A DNA stretch of 64,000 bases from Clostridia bacterium (GCA_017456005.1 JAFTLJ010000072.1:74372-138371); one strand, 5' to 3'. Positions 16,434 through 25,453 are shown, numbered from the stretch's first letter. A program made the numbers and translations. The notes: generated by a model not told the origin, from the letters alone.

Positions 16434-18191
16434 TTAGACCGCAAACTGGCTCATATAGATTTTAGAGTAAAAAACGCCTTTTGCGAGAAGCTCTTCGTGC
16501 TTGCCGCTTTCTACGATAGCGCCGTCGTTCATAACGAGAATCTTGTCGGCGTTCTGTACGGTAGAAAGTCTGTGTGCCACTATAAAGCTTGTTTTGCCCG
16601 CCATCATTTCGTCCATAGCTTCGCTTATTTTTATTTCCGTTCGCGTATCTATGGAGGAGGTCGCTTCATCAAGAATGAGTATTTTCGGGTTTTGCAAAAT
16701 AACACGAGCTATGCATATGAGCTGCATCTGCCCCTGTGATATGGAGGCGCCGCCTGCCCCTATAATGGTGCTATAGCCGCCGGAAAGCTTGCGGATAAAA
16801 TCGTCTGCACGCGCTTTTTTTGCCGCCGCTACTATTTCCTCGTCGGTGGCGTCCGGCTTTCCGAGCGCGATGTTATCGCGAACGGTGCCTGCGCGGAGCC
16901 ATGTGTCCTGAAGCACCATGCCGTAGTTTTGGCGAAGACTGCGGCGTGTAACTTCCTCTACGTTATTTCCGTCTACGGAAAGTGTGCCGCCCGTAACGTC
17001 ATAGAAGCGTATGAGCAGATTTATAAGTGTGGATTTGCCTGCGCCCGTGGGGCCTACTATAGCAATATGCTCGCCCTCGCGTACATCTAGGTTGAAGTTT
17101 TCGATAAGCGGTCTTTCGGGTTCATAAGAGAACGAAACGTCGCTAAAACGTATATTTCCGTTTGCTTCGGGCATTTCTGGAAGAGCGGCATCGGAAGCCT
17201 CTTCTTTTTCTTCCAAAAATTCAAAAACGCGGGAAGCACAAGCCGTAGCATTCTGAAGCTCTGCTATAACGCCCGAAATTTCATTAAAAGGCTTGGTATA
17301 TTGGTTAGCATACACCAAAAAGGAGGAAAGTATACCTACGCTCATACCGCCGCCTGCGGCTACAAGACCGCCGGAAAGGGCCACCGCAGCATATACCAGG
17401 CTGTTTACAAATCTTGTGGCTGGATTTACGAGCGAAGAAGCGAATGTTGCAACCTGTGAAGCTTTCTTGAGGTCTTCGTTAAGTGCTTCAAAACGAGAAT
17501 GGAAGTTTTCTCCGCCGCCGATTGCTTGAATTGTTTTTTGCTCGCCGATGGCTTCGTCGATAATTGCGGTCTGCTCACCGCGAATACGTGTTGTTTCACT
17601 GAACATAGAGTAAGTTTTTCTTGCTATAAAGTTAGCCACAAGCAGGGAAACCGGTGTAAGCACAACGACAACTATTGTGGAGACAATATCAAGTGTGAGC
17701 ATAAACACAATAGTACCGACTATTGTCACCGCGCCCGAGAAGAACTGTATAGAACCTATTACAAGCCCTTCGGAAAGCTGTTCAACGTCTGCCGTAACAC
17801 GGCTTATAATATCGCCGTGAGGGTGCGTGTCTATGTATGAGAGGGGAAGGTGCTGTATTTTATGCATAGCCTGCGTGCGTATATTTTTGACGATGCCGTA
17901 TGCCGCAGAGTTTATGAATACCGTCATAAGCCACTGACCTATGGCGGCAAATGCTGTAAAAAGGCCGATAGTAATGAAATATTCGAAAATTTGTTCAAAA
18001 TCTACCTTTCCCGCTTCCACTATACAGTCTATTGCCTCACCTATGAGTATGGGAATATACAGAGTGGACGCCGTAGAGATGCATGCGAATACAAACGCGA
18101 ATATAACTGCGGCACGGTGGTTTTTAGCGTATGAAAGTGCTTTGGCAAGTGTTTTTACAGAGGAGAAAGCAGAATTTTTTTTCTTTTTCAT
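16434..18191 (-). CDS. ABC exporter, fused permease/ATPase (ABCB type)
   Basis: Six-helix TMD plus an NBD with GPTGAGKST, LSGGQ-like ISQGQMQ and ILILDEATS. ATG 18191 overlaps the upstream stop (ATGA). Confidence 0.9.
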   Translation of the reverse strand: MKKKKNSAFSSVKTLAKALSYAKNHRAAVIFAFVFACISTASTLYIPILIGEAIDCIVEAGKVDFEQIFEYFITIGLFTAFAAIGQWLMTVFINSAAYGIVKNIRTQAMHKIQHLPLSYIDTHPHGDIISRVTADVEQLSEGLVIGSIQFFSGAVTIVGTIVFMLTLDIVSTIVVVVLTPVSLLVANFIARKTYSMFSETTRIRGEQTAIIDEAIGEQKTIQAIGGGENFHSRFEALNEDLKKASQVATFASSLVNPATRFVNSLVYAAVALSGGLVAAGGGMSVGILSSFLVYANQYTKPFNEISGVIAELQNATACASRVFEFLEEKEEASDAALPEMPEANGNIRFSDVSFSYEPERPLIENFNLDVREGEHIAIVGPTGAGKSTLINLLIRFYDVTGGTLSVDGNNVEEVTRRSLRQNYGMVLQDTWLRAGTVRDNIALGKPDATDEEIVAAAKKARADDFIRKLSGGYSTIIGAGGASISQGQMQLICIARVILQNPKILILDEATSSIDTRTEIKISEAMDEMMAGKTSFIVAHRLSTVQNADKILVMNDGAIVESGKHEELLAKGVFYSKIYMSQFAV

Positions 18192-19906
18192 TTTGCCGCC
18201 TCCTTTTCTTTGCGGAACTGAGAATAGTATATTTCGCTGTAAACCTCGCACGTTTCAAGAAGCTCCTTGTGAGTGCCGAGCCCCACAAGCTCGCCTCTGT
18301 CGAGAACGGCTATCTTATCTGCGTGCATAACGGATGCCGCACGCTGCGAAACGATGAAAAGTGTGGGGCATGGAGAAAGCTCTCTTATAGCCATACGAAG
18401 GTTTGCATCTGTAGCGAAGTCGAGAGCACTTGTGGAGTCATCGAGAATCAGCACAGAGGGCTTTTTAACAAGCGCTCTTGCTATGCAAAGGCGCTGCTTC
18501 TGCCCACCGGAGAAGTTTTTGCCGCCTGCTTCGACTTCCGAAGAAACACCTCCGCGCTCTGCCACAAAATCGTATGCCTGCGCTGTTTTAAGGGCGTTTT
18601 CTATATCTTTGTCGGTGGCGTTCGGTGCGCCAAAACGCATATTTTCTGCGATCGTACCGCGGAAAAGTACGGATTTTTGCGGTACAACACCGATTTTTTC
18701 GCAAAGATCTTCTTTAGATATATTTTTTATATCTTTACCGCCGATGGTTACCGAGCCTTCGGATGTATCATAAAAACGGGGAATCATGTTTACTACTGTT
18801 GATTTGCCGGAGCCTGTACCGCCGATAATACCGATAATTTCGCCGCTTTTAGCGGAAAAGCTTATGCCGGAAACGGCATTTTCGCCGCCGTTTTTATATT
18901 TGCAGGAAACGTTTTTGAACTCTACCTCGCTACCGTCTATTTTTTCATTGCCGTAGACGATAGAGGATTTGATTTCGAGTGTGCTTTCTATACGGGAAGC
19001 GCATGCAAGTGCTTTTGTAACAGTTACTATAAGGTTGGCAAGCTTTATAAGTTCTATGAGTATTTGCGACATATAGTTATAGAGCGCAACCACATCGCCC
19101 TGCGAGATAAGACCGCTGTTTACGCTTATCGCACCGCGATATATAAGGGCAATAAGCGCTATATTGACTATCGCATATGTAAGAGGGTTCATAAGCGATG
19201 CCACTCTGCCTGCTTTGTTGAGCGCGCGCGTCATAGCATTGTTGAAGGAGCCGTATGCTTCCTCTTCCTCGTTTTCTCTGGAAAGGGCACGTACCACCCT
19301 AACCCCCGCAAGATTTTCGCGTGTAAGAAGCACTGTTTTTTCAAGGTGCTTTTGAACTTTTTTGTGGAGAGGAACCGTTATTCCCATAATTGTGAATACA
19401 ACAACGGCCAAAATCGCTATAGCTGCAACAAAAACGAGTGCGGCATCTACGTCTATCGTGAACGCCATGATCATAGAACCGAAAACAATGAAAGGCGAAC
19501 GAGAGAAAAGGCGCAGGAACATATTTACACCGTTTTGAACCTGGTTTACGTCGCTTGTCATTCTGGTTATCATTGTGGAAGCCCCGAGCGAATCAAGCTC
19601 CGAATAGGAAAGTGAAGCGGTGTGGCTGAAAAGTGCGCTGCGAAGTCTTGCCGAAAAACCGCAGGCTGCTCTGGCGGCAAAATATTGTGCCACAAGTGTT
19701 GATGAAAGGCCTACAACGCCGAGTAGTACCATAAGACCACACATTTTCACGATATACGCTTTGTCTGCGTTGCCTATACCCACATCGATAATACTTTTAA
19801 CGACAAGCGGTATGCAAAGCTCGAAAACGGCTTCGAGCGCTTTGAAAATCGGGCCCAAGATACATTGGGTTCGGTAACCCTTCATATATCTTAATAGCTT
19901 TTTCAA
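18188..19906 (-). CDS. ABC exporter, fused permease/ATPase (ABCB type; probable heterodimer partner)
   Basis: GGTGSGKST, FSGGQKQRL and VLILDDSTS. TTG start 6 nt after GGAGG. Confidence 0.9.
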   Translation of the reverse strand: MKKLLRYMKGYRTQCILGPIFKALEAVFELCIPLVVKSIIDVGIGNADKAYIVKMCGLMVLLGVVGLSSTLVAQYFAARAACGFSARLRSALFSHTASLSYSELDSLGASTMITRMTSDVNQVQNGVNMFLRLFSRSPFIVFGSMIMAFTIDVDAALVFVAAIAILAVVVFTIMGITVPLHKKVQKHLEKTVLLTRENLAGVRVVRALSRENEEEEAYGSFNNAMTRALNKAGRVASLMNPLTYAIVNIALIALIYRGAISVNSGLISQGDVVALYNYMSQILIELIKLANLIVTVTKALACASRIESTLEIKSSIVYGNEKIDGSEVEFKNVSCKYKNGGENAVSGISFSAKSGEIIGIIGGTGSGKSTVVNMIPRFYDTSEGSVTIGGKDIKNISKEDLCEKIGVVPQKSVLFRGTIAENMRFGAPNATDKDIENALKTAQAYDFVAERGGVSSEVEAGGKNFSGGQKQRLCIARALVKKPSVLILDDSTSALDFATDANLRMAIRELSPCPTLFIVSQRAASVMHADKIAVLDRGELVGLGTHKELLETCEVYSEIYYSQFRKEKEAAK

Positions 19907-19945
19907 AATAAACCTCCGTTTGAATTTATAAATATATACAAAGAA

Positions 19946-19974
19946 ATTATCTCATAATATGAAAATTTTGTCAA
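19946..19974 (-). promoter_or_regulatory. sigma-A-type promoter of the ABC exporter pair
   Basis: On the minus strand: TTGACA, 17 nt, GATAAT. Confidence 0.5.
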
Positions 19975-20118
19975 TACTGTAGCGGAAAAATAAAATAAAT
20001 AAAACCAGTGAAATTTGCGGCAATTTCGAGGGTTTGCATATTTATCATTATCAATGAAAGTGAATCGTTATATCATTAGTGAAAAAGTAGATAATTTTTA
20101 CAATATTGAAAAAATCTC

Positions 20119-20147
20119 TTGACAATATATCTGGGTATGCGTATAAT
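20119..20147 (+). promoter_or_regulatory. sigma-A promoter of the Fur-family/metal ABC operon
   Basis: TTGACA (20119-20124), 17-nt spacer, TATAAT (20142-20147). Confidence 0.75.
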
Positions 20148-20166
20148 ATGAGAATAATTCTCATAT
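20146..20166. promoter_or_regulatory. Fur-family operator, a perfect 21-bp palindrome overlapping the -10
   Basis: ATATGAGAAT-A-ATTCTCATAT. The core TGAGAAT-A-ATTCTCA is a 7-1-7 box that differs from the Fur box TGATAATnATTATCA at one position per arm. Confidence 0.75.
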
Positions 20167-20178
20167 TCAGAGGCTGGA

Positions 20179-20601
20179 ATGAAAAACGAAAAGAATATAT
20201 ATAAAACCTCTCAGCGTGAGCTTCTGCTGGATTTTCTTCGTTCGCATCCCGATGAAGAATTTTCTACGGAGGAAATAACGGGTGCGCTTTGCGGAAAAGC
20301 CATAGGAAAGAGCACGGTATACCGCCTTATTTCCAAGCTTTGTGAAGACGGCGACGTTTTGCGAACAAGAGGGGCAGGCGGAAAGAAGATTTTGTACCGA
20401 TATATAGATAAGTCACACGCTTGCGACGAGCATTTTCACCTGAAGTGTCGCGATTGCGGTAAAATAATACATCTGGATTGCGATTTCATGGCAGAGCTTG
20501 AAGGGCATATAGCCGGCGCACATGGATTTAGGCTTGACCCAAAATCCACTGTTATAAACGGCATATGTGCCGAATGCGAGAAAAAGGAGAGCATAGAATG
20601 A
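20179..20601 (+). CDS. zur: Fur-family transcriptional repressor, probably Zur
   Basis: Winged-helix N-domain. C-terminal HFHLKCRDCGKIIH...GICAECE metal sites. It is translationally coupled (ATGA) to a metal ABC ATPase. Confidence 0.75.
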   Translation: MKNEKNIYKTSQRELLLDFLRSHPDEEFSTEEITGALCGKAIGKSTVYRLISKLCEDGDVLRTRGAGGKKILYRYIDKSHACDEHFHLKCRDCGKIIHLDCDFMAELEGHIAGAHGFRLDPKSTVINGICAECEKKESIE

Positions 20602-21308
20602 TATTAAAATGCGAAAACGTGGCTCTTTCATACGATGGGCGCACGGTTGCGGAAAATATAGATTTTCAAATCAACGAAGGCGATTATCTTTGTATACTCG
20701 GCGAAAACGGTTCCGGTAAAACTACACTTGTAAGTGCCTTGCTCGGTCTAAAAAAGGCGGCAGGTGGGAAAATTATATACGGCAACGGCGTAAAAGCGGA
20801 AAATATAGGTTATTTACCGCAAAAGCAGCGTTCGGGGGAGGATTTTCCTGCCTGCGTGCGCGAAATTGTGCGTACGGGTTTTCTCGGCAAACGCGGCTTC
20901 AGGTTTTACTATTCAAAAGCAGAGCGCGAACGCGCGGAAGAAGTCATGCAAAAATTAGGTATATCGGGGTTTGCCAAACGTTCTTTTTCAGAGCTTTCGG
21001 GTGGTCAGCAAAAAAGAGTGCTCCTTGCGCGCGCCCTCTGTTCGGCGGAAAATCTGCTTATATTAGATGAACCCACAGCGGCGCTTGACCCGATAGTTAC
21101 AGAAGAGCTTTATGAAATGACGAAAAAGCTTAATGCCGAGGAAAAGCTTTCTGTAATAATGGTTTCCCACGACGTTTCTGCAGCAACAAAATATGCAAAT
21201 AAAATTTTGCATATAAAGCACGAGCAGCTTTTCTTTGGTTCTACAGAGGAATATTTAAAAACAGACCTGGCAAAGGCATATTTGGGAGGGCACGGCATTG
21301 GTGGCTGA
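20598..21308 (+). CDS. metal (Zn/Mn-type) ABC transporter ATP-binding protein, ZnuC-like
   Basis: GENGSGKTT, LSGGQQKRV and LLILDEPTA. Confidence 0.9.
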   Translation: MILKCENVALSYDGRTVAENIDFQINEGDYLCILGENGSGKTTLVSALLGLKKAAGGKIIYGNGVKAENIGYLPQKQRSGEDFPACVREIVRTGFLGKRGFRFYYSKAERERAEEVMQKLGISGFAKRSFSELSGGQQKRVLLARALCSAENLLILDEPTAALDPIVTEELYEMTKKLNAEEKLSVIMVSHDVSAATKYANKILHIKHEQLFFGSTEEYLKTDLAKAYLGGHGIGG

Positions 21309-22119
21309 ATTTTTTGGTTATTTTTCTTTCGCGTTTACTTGGCGCTTGCTCATAGTAGGCTTGCTTTTGGCTGTTTGCTCGGCTTTGCTCGGTGTTTGCC
21401 TTGTGCCGAAACGCTATTCTATGATAGGTGATGGCCTTTCTCACGTTGGCTTCGGTGCGCTTGCAGTAGCTTCGGCTCTTGGTGCGGCACCGCTTGCGGT
21501 TGCAATGCCTGTAGTTATAATAGCCTCCTTTTTGCTTCTGCGTATAAAAGAAAACGGCAAAATAAAGGGCGATAGCGCAATAGCCATGATCTCTTCCGGT
21601 GCGCTTGCATTGGGCGTTATGATAGTTTCGCTTTCCGGCAGCAACACAGATTTGGAAGGATATATGTTCGGCAGTATACTTGCCATAACAAAAACGGATT
21701 TTATAACGGCGCTTATAATCTTTCCTATTGTTATAATATCGTTTGTGGTTTTTTATACACAAATATTTGCTGTTTCATATGATGAAAGCTTTGCCCGCGC
21801 TACGGGTATGAAGGCAGGCTTTTACGATATGCTACTTGCTGTGCTCGTGGCTGTTACGGTAGTTATAGGCATGCGCATTATGGGTACGTTGCTTATTTCC
21901 GCGTTGGTCATTTTCCCCTCCATCTCCGCCATGCGTGTATGCAAAAGCTATTTTGCAACAAACGTTTGTGCGGTTGCGGTATCTGCGCTAAGTTTTCTCG
22001 TCGGCATGTTTTCGTCTTTTATTTTCTCCACGCCGATAGGCGCTTCCATAGTAATTTGCAACGTGATCTCCTTTTTTGTGCTTTCTGTTGTTGGAGCTAT
22101 ACTTAAACGAAAAGGATGA
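21298..22119 (+). CDS. metal ABC transporter permease (ABC-3 family, ZnuB-like)
   Basis: Hydrophobic ABC-3-type protein. TTG start 7 nt after GGAGGG, overlapping the upstream gene. Confidence 0.9.
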   Translation: MVAEFFGYFSFAFTWRLLIVGLLLAVCSALLGVCLVPKRYSMIGDGLSHVGFGALAVASALGAAPLAVAMPVVIIASFLLLRIKENGKIKGDSAIAMISSGALALGVMIVSLSGSNTDLEGYMFGSILAITKTDFITALIIFPIVIISFVVFYTQIFAVSYDESFARATGMKAGFYDMLLAVLVAVTVVIGMRIMGTLLISALVIFPSISAMRVCKSYFATNVCAVAVSALSFLVGMFSSFIFSTPIGASIVICNVISFFVLSVVGAILKRKG

Positions 22120-22131
22120 TATGAATATATG

Positions 22132-22166
22132 AAAAGAACTTGCTTCTGAAGCAAGTTCTTTTTCTC
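22132..22166 (+). terminator. rho-independent terminator
   Basis: AGAACTTGCTT-CTG-AAGCAAGTTCT followed by TTTTCTC. Confidence 0.85.
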
Positions 22167-22201
22167 AATTTTGAATTGTTTTTGCCTCAACAAACGAGAG
22201 G

Positions 22202-22230
22202 TGGACAAACCATGTGCTTTATGCTACAAT
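22202..22230 (+). promoter_or_regulatory. promoter of XRE paralogue 1
   Basis: TGGACA, 17 nt, TACAAT, followed by the conserved leader AAAATCAGAAAC. Confidence 0.55.
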
Positions 22231-22238
22231 AAAATCAG

Positions 22239-22252
22239 AAACGGTACCGCTT
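22239..22252. promoter_or_regulatory. candidate operator palindrome in the leader of XRE paralogue 1
   Basis: AAACGGTACCGCTT. The core CGGTACCG is a perfect palindrome; the 14-bp dyad has one mismatched pair. Confidence 0.4.
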
Positions 22253-22282
22253 TTAAAATAATTATTGAAAGGAAATGAAAAA

Positions 22283-23377
22283 ATGTCATTTGGAAATGTT
22301 ATAAGAAAATTACGCCGCGAGGCTGAGATGACACAGGAAGAGCTTGCGGAGCTGCTCGCAATCTCTCCGCAGGCGGTAAGCCGTTGGGAAACGGAAGCGG
22401 CTATGCCCGATATTTCGCTTTTGCCTAGGCTTGCAAATATTTTTAACGTAAGCGCAGACGAACTGCTCGAAATCAACGTGGCAAAGAACGAAGAGAAGAT
22501 AGAAGAGTTTCTAAAAAATGCAAAACGTGCGTTGCACCATGGAGATTTTCAAAAATCGGCAGAAATACTCGGTGAAGCGCACAGTATGTTTCCTCGTTCA
22601 TATAAAATAATGTATGAACTTGCAAACTCGCTTTTGTGCGTTTATTCAAGACAGGGCAAAAAGGAGTATGATGACGTAATCGCACTTTGCAAAAATCTTT
22701 TGAACAACTGTACAGATAACACTTTGCGCTACGAAGCTATGGAAACGCTGGGGCTTGCTTACCATTATGCCGGAAAAGACGAAGAAATGATAAAGCTTTC
22801 AGAGCAGATGACACCTTTTGCGTACTCAAAGGAAAGATTTATGATGTGGCGATGGGGATTTGACAGCGAAACGCTTGCAAAAAGGCAAGGTTATTTATCG
22901 GATTTGCTTCATGAATTACTGTACACATTACTACTTATTCCTAATAGCAAAAAGTATTCGCGAGAAGAAACAATACAAATATGGAAGCAGATAATTGATA
23001 TAACAGAAATTATGTTTCCGGATGGAGATTATCAGGTTTTTGCACAAATTGCGGCAACCACATGCGATTGTATAGCACGTAAATACTTACAAAACGGGGA
23101 GAAGGAAGAATGCCTTTATTGGTTCGAGCGTGCGTGCGATTATATTTTGTATTTAGATACGTATGATACCAATCCTATAAATACAGCGCCTGCGCCGCAC
23201 ACCTCTCTTGCGTTAAACGGCGCTAAGGGAAGCAGATGGATAAAAGAAAACGGACGAACAATGAGCGAAGAATACCTAAAAGCTTGGCATGAGGGCAAAG
23301 AAATGGAGAAAATAAGAGAAGAAGCGCGCTTTAAATCTATTATTGAAAGATTGAAAGAGCACGCTGTGAAGACATAA
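22283..23377 (+). CDS. XRE-family HTH regulator with a long helical-repeat (TPR-like) C-terminal domain, paralogue 1
   Basis: N-terminus MSFGNVIRKLRREAEMTQEELAELLAISPQAVSRWE. The ~300-aa helical C-domain is colinear with the protein at 43160-44230. ATG 22283 follows AAAGGAA. Confidence 0.8.
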   Translation: MSFGNVIRKLRREAEMTQEELAELLAISPQAVSRWETEAAMPDISLLPRLANIFNVSADELLEINVAKNEEKIEEFLKNAKRALHHGDFQKSAEILGEAHSMFPRSYKIMYELANSLLCVYSRQGKKEYDDVIALCKNLLNNCTDNTLRYEAMETLGLAYHYAGKDEEMIKLSEQMTPFAYSKERFMMWRWGFDSETLAKRQGYLSDLLHELLYTLLLIPNSKKYSREETIQIWKQIIDITEIMFPDGDYQVFAQIAATTCDCIARKYLQNGEKEECLYWFERACDYILYLDTYDTNPINTAPAPHTSLALNGAKGSRWIKENGRTMSEEYLKAWHEGKEMEKIREEARFKSIIERLKEHAVKT

Positions 23378-23417
23378 TTACCCCAAATTTGCTTTTGCGT
23401 ATTTTCTTACGTGGCCG

Positions 23418-23456
23418 TCACAATCGTTTAATATCCATTCCAATGTTCAGTTCCAT
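23418..23456 (-). pseudogene. 12-codon relic of the 5' end of an XRE-family HTH gene (MELNIGMDIKRL*) with an intact SD and promoter
   Basis: AAGGAG lies 7 nt before the ATG. The peptide matches the canonical XRE N-terminus and aligns with MNITLNQQLKRL of paralogue 2. No continuation is visible in any frame. Confidence 0.4.
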
Positions 23457-23502
23457 TGTGATTCTCCTTGTAAGTAAAGTAAATGGGCACGTTTCTGATT
23501 AT

Positions 23503-23530
23503 ATTATATCATAAATCTAAACATTTACAA
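23503..23530 (-). promoter_or_regulatory. strong orphan promoter driving the XRE relic, convergent on paralogue 1
   Basis: On the minus strand: TTGTAA, 16 nt, TGaTATAAT (extended -10), then the leader ATAATCAGAAAC. Confidence 0.55.
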
Positions 23531-23583
23531 GCGAAGCATAGGCGACAAGGATTTAACTAACGGTTAAATATTTTGAACAGCAG

Positions 23584-23622
23584 AAAAAGCCTCGGCAAGG
23601 AAACTCCATGCCGAGGCTTTTT
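23584..23622. terminator. bidirectional rho-independent terminator
   Basis: AAAAAGCCTCGGCA-11 nt-TGCCGAGGCTTTTT. Confidence 0.85.
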
Positions 23623-23681
23623 GTATTTGATTTCAGTGAACTGTCCTTTAGAATCAAGACTAATGCTTCGGGGCTTTAAGA

Positions 23682-24599
23682 TTAAAAGAGTTTTTCAGCA
23701 ACCTTTGCAAGACCTTCGTTTGTTTTTTCTGTTATTTCGATTCCGTCGAACAGTGTCCATGTTTCTATGTGTGTCATAGATTCATCGGGAGCAAGAGTAT
23801 AGAGAGGGGAAAGAGACTCGAGTTCCTCGAAGAGGTTGTTTGTATATACCTCGGTAGAGCAACCGAAATCGGGGTATTCGGCTCCCACTTGATATTCGGT
23901 ATATTTAACAAGTGCCTGTCCATCATTTATATAAGCGGAATGACCGTTTGTGTTGTTTATGCCGAGCTTGAATGCATCCGCAGCATCTTTATCCTGCGAA
24001 ACAGTAAGATATTTATCGCAAAGAGTGAAGCGGGTATCTGTGAAGCGGGCATACGGCCACATAACGAGCGTTCTGTTGGGAAGAAGCCCTGTATCCTCCG
24101 TAGGTTGCGGAACGAGTGCCGTGCCGCCAGGAGCCATTACGGAAAGACACCAAACAGAGCCTTTGATATATGTTGTATTTGTATTAGCTATTTTGTGCGA
24201 AATTTTGATTTCGGGTTTATCCTCTGCCATTTCAAGCTTTACGGAAATTTGTATACCGGTTACAGCTTGTGCAGGGGGGACAAATTCTGCACCGTTTGCA
24301 AATGTGGAGTAGAGAACTTTTTCGTTGTCGGGATAGTATGTTTCAGGGAAGCCTTCGGGGCTGAGCCATATGCGGTGACCGCCGTATGTATACCAAGTCT
24401 TTCCATCGCCGAACATAGAAGAAACGTCGTTTGAGAAATTTCTTTCCACATCTTCAAACATCATATTTTCTTTACCTTTAAGGTTGCATTTTATAATTCT
24501 GGGGCCGATGTCAACTGTTACGAAAACCTCCATATAATCATTGGAGATCGCAAGACATTTGCCGAAATTCTTGTATTTCACTTCTTTTATGGAAATCAT
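23682..24599 (-). CDS. galactose-mutarotase-like (DUF4380-like) protein
   Basis: All-beta composition. The pattern GPRI...GGHRIWLSPE resembles aldose-epimerase-fold DUF4380 proteins. ATG 24599 follows GGGAG. Confidence 0.6.
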   Translation of the reverse strand: MISIKEVKYKNFGKCLAISNDYMEVFVTVDIGPRIIKCNLKGKENMMFEDVERNFSNDVSSMFGDGKTWYTYGGHRIWLSPEGFPETYYPDNEKVLYSTFANGAEFVPPAQAVTGIQISVKLEMAEDKPEIKISHKIANTNTTYIKGSVWCLSVMAPGGTALVPQPTEDTGLLPNRTLVMWPYARFTDTRFTLCDKYLTVSQDKDAADAFKLGINNTNGHSAYINDGQALVKYTEYQVGAEYPDFGCSTEVYTNNLFEELESLSPLYTLAPDESMTHIETWTLFDGIEITEKTNEGLAKVAEKLF

Positions 24600-24600
24600 A

Positions 24601-25077
24601 TTATTGTACTCCCTGTTTTTCATTTTTTTGAGATTTTAAGCCTTCCAGCTCTTGCATGAACGTATCGAGATCTTTAAATTCTCTGTAAACTGAAGCAAAA
24701 CGCACATATGCTACGTCATCAAGCTGTTTGAGCTTTTCCATTACAAGAACACCTATTTTGCTGGAAGGCACTTCGTGTGTAAGAGAGTTTTGAAGCTCCA
24801 GCTCTATCTCGTTTACAATGTTTTCCATTTGTTCGAGCGGTATGGGGCGCTTGTGGCAAGCCTGAATAATTCCGTTTAAAAGCTTGTTTTTATCAAATGT
24901 TTGCCTTGTTTTGTCTTTTTTTATAACAAGCAATGGCAAGGTTTCCACTGTTTCATACGTTGTGAAACGGTTTTGGCAGGAAAGACATTCGCGTCTGCGG
25001 CGAATACTCGCGCCTTCTTCCGCAGGGCGGGAATCCACAACTATGCTTTTGCTATATCCGCATTTTGGGCATTTCAT
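24601..25077 (-). CDS. nrdR: transcriptional repressor NrdR
   Basis: [42 protein letters not shown] zinc ribbon plus an ATP-cone. Confidence 0.95.
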   Translation of the reverse strand: MKCPKCGYSKSIVVDSRPAEEGASIRRRRECLSCQNRFTTYETVETLPLLVIKKDKTRQTFDKNKLLNGIIQACHKRPIPLEQMENIVNEIELELQNSLTHEVPSSKIGVLVMEKLKQLDDVAYVRFASVYREFKDLDTFMQELEGLKSQKNEKQGVQ

Positions 25078-25168
25078 AACCTATAACCTCCGTTAGTATA
25101 TCTTTACTGAATAAGTATAGCATATATTAACGAAAAAAGCAAACATAATTTGAATTTGTTTTGAAATT

Positions 25169-25453
25169 TTATAGAATTTCTGCAAACCCATCGGAATAAA
25201 TTTCCTCAACCTCACAGGGAAGCACTATGTTTTTATAGAGCTTATCAAAAAGTACAAATGCACTTATCCTGCTGTTTGCAAAATCGGAAATAAAGAAATC
25301 TTCTTCGCTACCGTCTTCACATCTCATTGAAATCAGTACAGAGTATCGTGATAGGTATTCCGTGCCGTTTTCAAAAAGTCTGTAGGTAACAGTAAGATTT
25401 TCTTTTGAAACTCTTTTCATTAAAATTATTGAATCGTTGTGAATATATTGCAT
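25169..25453 (-). CDS. small hypothetical protein (94 aa)
   Basis: ATG 25453 lies 6 nt after GGAGG. The longer ORF-track start 25543 has no SD. Confidence 0.55.
   Translation of the reverse strand: MQYIHNDSIILMKRVSKENLTVTYRLFENGTEYLSRYSVLISMRCEDGSEEDFFISDFANSRISAFVLFDKLYKNIVLPCEVEEIYSDGFAEIL

Noticed and set aside
23418-23456. The 12-codon ORF next to an XRE/TPR-like regulator, considered as an RRNPP-type signalling pro-peptide.
   Set aside because: The peptide has no hydrophobic or export segment. It is convergent rather than in a typical papR/shp arrangement. It reads like the first helix of an XRE HTH domain. A truncated paralogue is the simpler explanation, so it is kept only as a low-confidence relic.
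23573-23779. A 68-aa plus-strand ORF in the 23.5-kb intergenic region.
   Set aside because: It starts at a TTG without an SD, reads straight through the bidirectional terminator hairpin, and runs into the antisense of the next gene.
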